The notes under the pieces: model-generated
Seen by the model: only the letters and a program-made list of their open reading frames with translations
The model's database searches: none
Told to the model about the DNA's origin: nothing
In this document: positions 49,024 through 58,251 of the stretch, piece by piece
Numbering within the stretch: position 1 is the stretch's first letter
Layout: each line of letters opens with the position of its first letter
From: Azolla caroliniana
Lineage: Eukaryota > Plantae > Polypodiophyta
Assembly: GCA_043228905.1 (NCBI GenBank)
Contig: JBHGNT010000011.1
Span: forward strand, 7,254,001 to 7,318,000
Reading direction: 5' to 3'
Length of the DNA stretch: 64,000 bases
Position numbers and translations under genes: made by a program

Positions 49024-52000
49024 ATGAGAGGGTCGGATCTTGCAGAAGCCATGGCTTCGGCTGTGGATCGGATAGTGAGTGCGCATGAAGGCACAAGCGC
49101 CCTCGATAGGGCTATTGAAGCAGTCATCGGCACGATAGGCCGGTTCGGTGGGAAGGACGCCACGAGCTATTTGGAGGCTTACCGAACCAAAATGATGATG
49201 AGGGACATCCCGGAGGACAGGCGACTGGCCGGATTCCCTCGAGTGGCCATGCTGGGCATCCACGCGGAGGTGCTTGAGGTACAAGCTAAGAGTCGGACCT
49301 GGGAAGAGTTTGAAGGTCGGCTCCTTGAAAAATACGGACTTGATGACGTGCTTCGGCTGACGAAGCGGGACTTCATGGAATGGGTGGAAACACCCAAAAA
49401 GGGGAGAAACACGATGGTGCTCCTTCGGGAGTTTGAAGAACGCTTCGCACAACATTCGGCGCTGGACCGGACAATACTTGACACAAGTCATGTCCTATTG
49501 TTCGTTAAATCAGTGGACGCAAGGAACCAATAGCAAGTGGGCTTCCTGCTAGAGACCGATGACAGCCTTACAACCGACTAGGCCGTGGTAAAGAGATTCT
49601 GCAGCCGTTTTGACAAATGGCGTGAGTGGGTCGATAAAGGCTTGACGGGGGCCAGTTCTGTTGCGACAAGGAAGGTCGAGGTACTCCCGCCGGCGTGAAG
49701 GGAAGAGACCCGAGACTGGCTCGAGACTGGCTCGACTTCGACCGGCATGGTCAAAGGCTTGTCCGGAGGAGCGGCTCTGGAGGAGTTGACTCAGATGGTG
49801 AGGGACCTCCAGATTGCGCAAGCACGGAGGGACAACGGCGAACAAGTCCATGACAGAAGGCCTCCGGTTGCGAACCGGTGCTTGTGGTGCTTGTGGTCGG
49901 CCACGACCGAAAGGACTGCGGGGACTTCACCGAAGCGATAAGAGCTAACGTGATGTACCTATAGAACAGTCGGGTGCATGCGAGCGAGGCCCGAAGGGCC
50001 CTGCATCTGAATGTTGGACGAGGGGGTATGAAGTGGCTGATGGAAGAAGCAGTGGCTCGCCACGCAGAGACCGTCCACTACTTGGCGTCGGCTGGAATCC
50101 GGGTCGGAAGTGATGAGGTCCGAAAGACAAAGGAAGCCGGATTCTGGCCGTTGATGCTGGAAGGCCTCACCGGCATACGGCTGAGGAAAGAGGAAGCGGA
50201 CTGCGCGGAAAGACGGGTCCGGGAGGCAACCGGGTGGAGTGACCCAATCGAAGAGAAGACGGGCTTCGTTGAAGCTTCTTGCCAAAACTACGAGGTTTTG
50301 GTGGAGGACAAGTGTGCAGGTAAGACCGGAGGGGCCGGACCCTCACAACGGTATGAGACCCGGTTCGGGCCGAAGCAGAATGATGTCGGTGCATCCGGCG
50401 CACCGGACAAGGCCAAGAAGGCCGGTTATCGGTTGAGATCGAAAGAACCACAGACCTACGAAAGGTCCTGGGGGAACGGATCCTCGACAACAAAGTGGAG
50501 CTGTCGTTGAGGGAAGTGCTCGGAATCGCCAAGAAGGAGTTCCACGACTCCATCGTGGACTTGGTGAAGCGGAAAAGGCTTTCGACAGAGCTGGAGCTGA
50601 AGAAGCTGGTGGAAGTGCGAACGACGCACCTAGAAGACATGGCTTTAGAAGATGAGTTGGCGGAGAGCCACTATTCGAGGCCACATTGGGCCAGAGCAAG
50701 GAGACCCCCGTTAAGATCGGAGATGTTCAGGAGCCGGTGGTGGCGTTGGTGGACCACGATTCGGAAATCAACTTGATGTCCGCCGACTTCTACAAGAAGG
50801 GGAAGTGGCTGATCAACACCAAGCACGGGTGGAAAATACGGGTAGGAACGCATGCCACGGAAGAGTTGCATGGAGCCTACCCGAATGTACGAGTGAAAAT
50901 TGGTGATGTCGAGATCGATTAGCACTTCTTCGTGCAGGAGGCGTCCTCGCATCCGGTTATACTCGGGGAACCGTACATCACGGCGGCACAGATGGAGACA
51001 AAGGTGTTGGACAACAGTTCGGCATATGCACGAGTCAAGAGCCAAGATGGGCATCACTCGGTCCAGTTCCTGACGGTGCGACCAAACCATGAGCGTAACA
51101 GCGAGACCCTCGGTGCCGAAACCCGAGGGGATTTTTAGAGAGGACTATCAAGGCGTGGGCCCGCGATAGTCCGGATGCCCTGGAAAAACCCCACAGATGT
51201 ACTATAGGCAAAAAGACGTAGACCATGGGAAGGAAATTTTGGTTCTTCGGTAGCGGAGGTTGCACGATAGCCGGCGTAGTTGGCCAAGAAAAGAAGCGGG
51301 TAGAAGAGCGACTTCGGGCATACGGAGTCCTCGGCCCTGAAGAGGAAATCAATGGAGCCGTGGGGGTGGTCTCTTTCGACGACACCTTGGGAAGTTACGA
51401 GAGGTGCTAGGAGAAGGATGTACGAAGTCATCGCCGACTTCGGTAAGGGACTCGAGTCGGATCGGACGGCCCGAGTGGATACAAAGTACAAGACTTTGGA
51501 CCAAAAGGTGAGGCCAGTCGCGGCACCCTTGCCGGAGGGCAGCGAGTTACAGATAAAGGGGGTCGCGTCGGACCCAAGTTTGTGAGATCCAGCCAGCATA
51601 GGACACATGTTCATCGACATAATGCTACGGGAGCTCAAGATCGGTGGGGGTGGCTTTCTACTACCATTGGAAGAGGACTGGTTTCAGAGAATGCTTGGGA
51701 GGCACGGGAAGGCTTTCGCATTCTCACCGGAGGAGATTGGGTGCGTAGACCCGACGGTTGTGGAACCAATGGTGATCTTCACGGTACCGCATGTGCCATG
51801 GAATCTCAAACGAATTCCGGTACCCAAAGCTCACATCCCGAAGCTGATGGATGTACTGAAACAAAAGGTGGAGATGAGCATTCTTGAACCGTCGAGTGCC
51901 CCATACTCGAACCGGTGGTTTACAATGCCAAAGAAGAACGGCACACTGCGCTTCATATAGGACCTGCAGCCGGTCAACAAGGTGACCATTCGAAACACAG

Positions 52001-54582
52001 GTATCGGATCGACCATTGATGAGTTTGTCGAGGCCTTCGTGGGGAGGTCGATCTACTCAGTCGGTGATCTGTACTCAGGGTATGATCAGTTCCAACAAGC
52101 CATAGAGAGGAGCGATGTCACGACGATGCGGACTCCTCTCGGCCTAGTTCGGATGTGTACCCTACCGCAAGGGGGAACGAACTTGGTGGCGCACATGGTG
52201 AATGTGATGAACAAGATGTTGAGGGACTGCATCCCGGACATCACCATGCCATTCCTGGACGACATCCTGATCAAAGGTTGCCTGGTGGAAGACAAGGACG
52301 AGTCAGTCGGGCCCGACGGTTGCCGGAGGTTCATGATGGATCACATCCGCAACTGCGAGAAGGTGCTACAAAGACTCGGAAGCGCGCGGCTCACCTTCTC
52401 AGGAGAAAAATCAGCCTTCGAACAGTCAGAGATCCTGGAAGTCGGACACCTGTGTGGGCCTTACGACCGGAAGCCGTCCCTAGCGGAGGTAGAGGCCATC
52501 TCCGCGATGAAGGATGATTGCGGGTCGGTCACGGAGGTCCCAAGGATCCTCGGGGCATGTGCATTCTATCACATCTGGATTCCACACTACACGCATGTCG
52601 CGGAGCCGCTTTACGGGTTGTAGAAGAAAGGGCGTAAATTCGAGTGGAGAGATGAGCACACGGAGTCGGTCCGGAGACTGAAGGAGGCGCTCACCGTGGC
52701 ACCGGCTCTCCGGAAAGCGGTTTACGGCAAGGAATTCCCCATTTACGTGACAGTGGACACGAGCCCGACCGGGATCGGATGGCTGATCAATCAGGAAGAC
52801 AAAGACGGCATACGGTTCCCGATCCGGTTCGGGGCAAAGGTATTGAGCGAGCAGCAGCGAGGATATGCCCAAATCAAGCGCGAGTTATGGGGTATCGTTT
52901 CACCAATCAAGGCCGACAAGGACTATCTGATCGGGACAGAAGTGATCATCGAGACGGACTGTCGACCGATTCTGGGTATGGTTTCTGGATGCACGACTCC
53001 GGACCTGGCGATGCTTAGATGGATCGCGTACATCAAATCCCTGAACCCGGAGATACGGCACATCTCCGGAAAGGATAACACCATGGCCGATATGCTTTCA
53101 AGGGTGCGATTCAGCGATGAGGATGGCATGGTTTTGGATAACGAAGAAGTCGGCGAGGACTTCTTCGGGACAACTAATGTAATAACAAGAAAGGGAAGCA
53201 CTCCGGTGCTTAACGAGTTCAACAAGAGCGAATACGACGAGGAGTGGCTCCAAATAGGAAGGTTCCTATGGACGATGACGCCGGACACGGCGTGGACTAG
53301 AGAAGAGGCCAATCGGGTGCGGAAGAAGGCGTACCGATTCTTCCTACAGGACGGGAGCATATGGAAGCACCCGAAGAAGAGAAACGGCATCCTGCTCCGA
53401 GTGGTGGCGAGGGAAGAGGAACAGGAAGAATTGCTAACGGCATACCACGAGAGTCCCTAGGCTGGACACCGCAGGACGTGGGCCACATTCGAGAAGCTAA
53501 AGGGGAAGTACTGGTGGTTGGGACTATACCGGGACGTGCATCGGTTCGTGAAGACTTGCGAAAGCTGTCAGGTGCACTCCATAGTCCGACATCGGGACGA
53601 GGTTCACCCGACCTACCCTCTAACTGTCCACTTCAAGTGGATGGTGGATCTAGTGACGATGCCGATGGGGGTAGGGCAGATGTGGTATTTGGTGCTAGCT
53701 CGGGAGGACCTGACGAACCAGGTGGAAGGCCGAGCGTTGCAAAACATAACGATTGCGGCCGTGTGCCGATTTCTGATCGAAGAAGTGGTATGCCGGTACA
53801 GATGCGTAGGTAAGATCGTGGCCAACCGCACAGAATTGGACGCGCAAGAGGCGGAAGAGCTGTTTGACCGGTTGGGAGTCAAACTCTCCCTCACTATGGC
53901 ATACAATCCAAAGGCCAACGGGAAGGTAGAGTGTGGTCACGGGCCCATTGTGAAGGCGTTAGTACGTGCGTGTGAAGGACAGGTCGGGAATTGGCCGCGG
54001 CTCCTTCCTTACGCACTATGGGAGGATCGAACTACGCACAGTTCAGTGATGGGGTTCATGCCAGTGGAGCTGATGTACGGGCAGAAGCCAGTCATGCCGG
54101 CGGATAAAGCGATCACTTCGTGGGCCGCGATGGACTGGAAGGACGAGATGAGCCGGGAAGAGTTGCTGGTAGCAAGGATCCGGCAACTCGAGCGAAGACT
54201 GGAAGACGTGGAGTGGGCAAAGGAAAGGCTGCGTACAACACGAGAAAAGAACAAAGGTTGGTTCGACCGTACTCACCGACTGAGGCCGAGGAAGATCGAG
54301 GAAGGTGACTGGGTGTTGGTGTATGACAACAACCTCGACAATCAGCACAAGGCGGCGCGTAAGTTTGCGAGGAGGTGGTTCGGGCCCTATGCGGTAACGA
54401 GTGCGAACGACAACGGCACGTACCATCTCGCGGAGCTCGACGGGACACGGATGGCGGTGCTGGTAGCGGGAAAAAGGGTCAAGGTATTCAAGAAGCGGCA
54501 AGAGGAAGAGCCAGACCCGGAATGCGCGGCTGACGACGAAGACCGGCTCGGAACGGATGTTGATCAAGAAGACAAAGGATAA
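49024..54582 (+). pseudogene. Gypsy gag-PR and RT-RH-IN reading frames with stops and frameshifts
   Basis: ORF fragments 48997-49533, 50686-51138, 51607-51960, 51982-52623, 52696-53460 and 53518-54582. Confidence 0.9.
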
Positions 54583-54850
54583 GCATGGGCCGGTCTTCTC
54601 CGGCAAGAGTCTAATTTTGGCGCACACCAGTGGATGCGCGGTTAGGTGGGGGCGGATGTCGTGGAGAAAACCGTCCCTAGGCGGAAACCAGGTATAGCGT
54701 GCGTAAACCGGCCCTTACACGTGGGCACAAGTTTTGTTGTATAGTACGTAGATAGGTACAAGTCGGCTGAGGTAAAATCCTAGGTAGCACTCATTCACTA
54801 GGGAGAAAATCGAGGCGTATCCCTATCCAAAAGGACAGGGAATAAACATG

Positions 54851-54887
54851 AACACCGGGACATTTGAAACAGGTAATATGTCGCATT
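54851..54887 (+). repeat. Left TIR
   Basis: AACACCGGGACATTTGAAACAGGTAATATGTCGCATT. Confidence 0.95.
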
Positions 54888-55130
54888 TTAAGAACTATCC
54901 GTCAAAAAAAGACACAAAATAGGTCGATTGACAAAAAGGGGTGCCGCATGCGTAAAGGATTTTCAAAAATGACCCAAAAATATATTGATTTTAAGCATGT
55001 CCAAAATTGTAGGTCTTTCAAAAAATGCCTAAATAATAGACATGCCAAACTTACAAAAGAATGTACAAAATGACTACCACCTATATTTATACATATTCGT
55101 TAACTGACATTTTGATGTACAATTCAATAT

Positions 55131-57884
55131 CTACAGATCAGGTGTCAAACTATCGCTTTCCAAGTCTATGCCATCATTTTTAGACCCATCCGATGAACTA
55201 GAAGAGCTTTGTGAGGTATCATCCTCATCATCACTGGCAACCAATGCATTGTCTTCATCCAATTGCAATCCAACATCACCATGGTTATGAGACATGCTTC
55301 TTGTTTGTCTTTGTGTAGTGGTTGGAGCCGCATTTGGGATCTTCTCTTTTAATATCTTGATTGTGGTTTGTCTTAGATGGCCTGTTTTGGTCAAGGAGAA
55401 GTCATACACTAGTATGTCAACATTATCCAATGTAAGAACAGACGTGCTTGGTAGATTCTTTCTTCTTCGCTTTCTACTTGTGCCTTCAACATCCTTAACC
55501 ATCTCTAAAGAGTACTTTCCAGTGAATGGATTTGGTGAAGAGGTGTGATACCAATGAACCACAATGGACTTAACTTGATTGCCTGATTCATCCTTCATTA
55601 TATCCAAAATTTTAGCAATCCAAAATGGATGGCCCAACTCATCATCCCCAGCTAATGTTGCAACTAACATCCCAACTTGTAGTTCATGCAAATTGCCTTG
55701 CCATCTTGCCTCTACAGTACGCGATATTCTTGGTCCCACATAAATATCTCTCTGTCGTGGGCGAACTAGATTATTGAGTTCAACATTACCAATTAATTGA
55801 TGGTTAGCAGGTGAAACTATTGACGGCATACCAATGTTCCATGTGAAAGCATTTTGGATTGGCCATACTCCGGCAATGTAGTTGTTTAAAATTGTATGTT
55901 GATGGTTAAAGAAGGTATCCCACCATTGAACATCTTGATCACCAGCATACTTCTTGGTGCGCTCAATATTTCTTTGTTTCTCTTCAAGGCATCGCATCCA
56001 ATATATCTTTTTCTCATCAATTGAGTTGCTATGAACCATTTTTTTATGGTCATCATACGGCATTTGTTCTGCACCATGGATTTCTGTATTTGGAAAATAA
56101 AGTAAGAACCTACAACCCTCTTGTGGCTCCCATTGTGAACTAGATGAGTATTGTTTTGCATACAACATCGTCATGTTGTGGCTCATATCACTTCGTTTTA
56201 TGAGGAAGACATGGTTAAAACTTATATTATTCAGAGGTGCAAGAACCCTACCTTGAGCCCCATCACCGTCCATGCAGAAGCGTTTAAAATCATACACTTC
56301 ATTCAACTGATGTACTTCGGGCTTCAGGGTATAAGCTTCACTGATCAACATTGTTAGCGTAGGAAGCGTGAAAGCATCACATCGTGCTAATTTCTTTGAG
56401 AACCTACTAAACATTTGATCTATATGATCATGGGTATGACCAACTAGTAAGAAGTTAACCTTAATCTTCTTAAATAAACCCTTCTCTACTAGCATGCTTA
56501 AGTAACCTAAAACAGTCGAGTTTTTGTTTTCTCTAGCTGTATTGTCAAGTTGCACGTATAGAACAGGCGAGAGTATACCTGGCCAAGACTGCAACACTCT
56601 TTGCATGACTGTAACTGTAAGATTAGGGTTGTTGTGGATATTAGGATAAGTTAAGAATACTTGAGGCCTTATTGTCTGACAATATGACAAGCAACCTACT
56701 AAATGCATTTGTACAAGGCATTCATCTCCAATATCCTTTGGCAACCTTTGAAAGTGTGGCAAACAAGTCTTCTTCTGATCCATGCCATCAATAATCATAC
56801 ACATATACCTTTCAGGTGATTGGAGAGCTTTTCGTCGGTGGTGCATAGCTTTAGAATGTTCCAATGCTTGACTCTCACGGTGTTCTTTCAATAGATTCTT
56901 GTAATTCTTTATTTCATCATCTGATTTCCCATCCTTTGCCATACTCTTTAAACTTGCACATATTGAACAAACACCCATTCGAACTTTACGCGGTATAACC
57001 ACATTGTTAAATTGTAACCTCCATAATCGATTGAAATGTCGATACTGTATGTAAGGTACACCTTGTGACAACATGTCGTCTTTATATTCTTGATACACCT
57101 CACGACGAGTGAAATTATCAGACAAGTGCAATCTCCCAGTAGTGGGCATAATATCACATTGCTTTGAGAAATATATCTCCATCCAATTAATAGAATGACG
57201 CCCTATAAGACCCTTACTACCAGAGGAATTCATATCAAAAGGTATAAACGATCCCTTCACCAATCTTAGTTGTATTCTCTGAAGCCTCATGTTCCCAATG
57301 CTATGAGCAATTTTGAAAACAACTCTACAACACTTAGTCCTCAATGCAAGGTAATATTCAATGTGCGTTGAACTAGCCCCAGTGGCGTGATCTCTTACAA
57401 GCTGCATATGTGAAATAAGAAAAGTATCTTGTTCCTCACCATTAAGTGATAGATACTTCTCCCGCATTATTCGTAAGTTTGACTTTCCAAATTTATTAAG
57501 ACATAGATTCCCACAACATGTCTTGCTCGAATCACAAACAATTTGACGATCAGAACATAAAAAGTTATATCTCCTTACATTAACTTGTCGAGGAACTCTT
57601 TTGAATGTGAGAGGCTTTGTTACGCAAGCTTCGCCAGATGTGGTTTCATCCTTGTCAATGCTTGCACAACTTTTGCTATCTTGTATACCACTTTGTCCTG
57701 GCCTCTTGAAAGGGTCAATTGAGAAAAGTGAGTTTGAGTTATTACCAACATCACAACTAACATTTTCACCTGGACCCTTTGAAACACTTGGGACCTTGTA
57801 CTCATCGACTGAGAAATATGAGTTACTCGATAAAACATAAGGGTCCACTGAAAACAAGGATGATCTACTCGAAGCACAAGACAT
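55131..57884 (-). CDS. DDE/D transposase, Sola-like / DUF7869-type, 917 aa
   Basis: Uninterrupted ORF inside the TIRs; Cys clusters (CCGNLC, CCRVVF, CSIC); RNase H-fold acidic motifs IIDGMDQ, LYVQLDNTARENKN and FLLVGHTHDHIDQMFS; NLS-like RKRRRK. The family assignment rests on motif recognition only. Confidence 0.85.
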   Translation of the reverse strand: MSCASSRSSLFSVDPYVLSSNSYFSVDEYKVPSVSKGPGENVSCDVGNNSNSLFSIDPFKRPGQSGIQDSKSCASIDKDETTSGEACVTKPLTFKRVPRQVNVRRYNFLCSDRQIVCDSSKTCCGNLCLNKFGKSNLRIMREKYLSLNGEEQDTFLISHMQLVRDHATGASSTHIEYYLALRTKCCRVVFKIAHSIGNMRLQRIQLRLVKGSFIPFDMNSSGSKGLIGRHSINWMEIYFSKQCDIMPTTGRLHLSDNFTRREVYQEYKDDMLSQGVPYIQYRHFNRLWRLQFNNVVIPRKVRMGVCSICASLKSMAKDGKSDDEIKNYKNLLKEHRESQALEHSKAMHHRRKALQSPERYMCMIIDGMDQKKTCLPHFQRLPKDIGDECLVQMHLVGCLSYCQTIRPQVFLTYPNIHNNPNLTVTVMQRVLQSWPGILSPVLYVQLDNTARENKNSTVLGYLSMLVEKGLFKKIKVNFLLVGHTHDHIDQMFSRFSKKLARCDAFTLPTLTMLISEAYTLKPEVHQLNEVYDFKRFCMDGDGAQGRVLAPLNNISFNHVFLIKRSDMSHNMTMLYAKQYSSSSQWEPQEGCRFLLYFPNTEIHGAEQMPYDDHKKMVHSNSIDEKKIYWMRCLEEKQRNIERTKKYAGDQDVQWWDTFFNHQHTILNNYIAGVWPIQNAFTWNIGMPSIVSPANHQLIGNVELNNLVRPRQRDIYVGPRISRTVEARWQGNLHELQVGMLVATLAGDDELGHPFWIAKILDIMKDESGNQVKSIVVHWYHTSSPNPFTGKYSLEMVKDVEGTSRKRRRKNLPSTSVLTLDNVDILVYDFSLTKTGHLRQTTIKILKEKIPNAAPTTTQRQTRSMSHNHGDVGLQLDEDNALVASDDEDDTSQSSSSSSDGSKNDGIDLESDSLTPDL

Positions 57885-58034
57885 CTTGAAGCCTAACTTA
57901 AATTAACACCTTTCTCTTGTTTAAGTAGAAGTTTAGGAATTGAAGATCTAGTCTATGAACATAAACCATATGAAGACATCTTGGGATAAAAGATAAGGTA
58001 TATTGACATCATATTATTATTTAATTTTGTAAAT

Positions 58035-58143
58035 TTTTTATAATAATTTATTGTGTAATATTGTATTTTTTTAAGAGAAAATCTTTTTTTTTAAATAATT
58101 ATTTTATTTTCCAAAAAAACAATTTAAGTTAACTATATAAATA
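58035..58143. promoter_or_regulatory. Putative bidirectional promoter with two outward-facing TATA boxes
   Basis: TATAAAAA on the minus strand at 58035-58042 (ATG at 57884) and TATATAAATA on the plus strand at 58134-58143 (ATG at 58252), separated by an A/T tract. Confidence 0.5.
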
Positions 58144-58251
58144 GAGATCTACCACTCATTATCTCTTACACGTTTCAAGAGCTCAGAGCACTCTTTAGAA
58201 AAAGTCATCGTTTTCTGTGTTCATCAACACATTGTCAACAACTAGTCTAAC

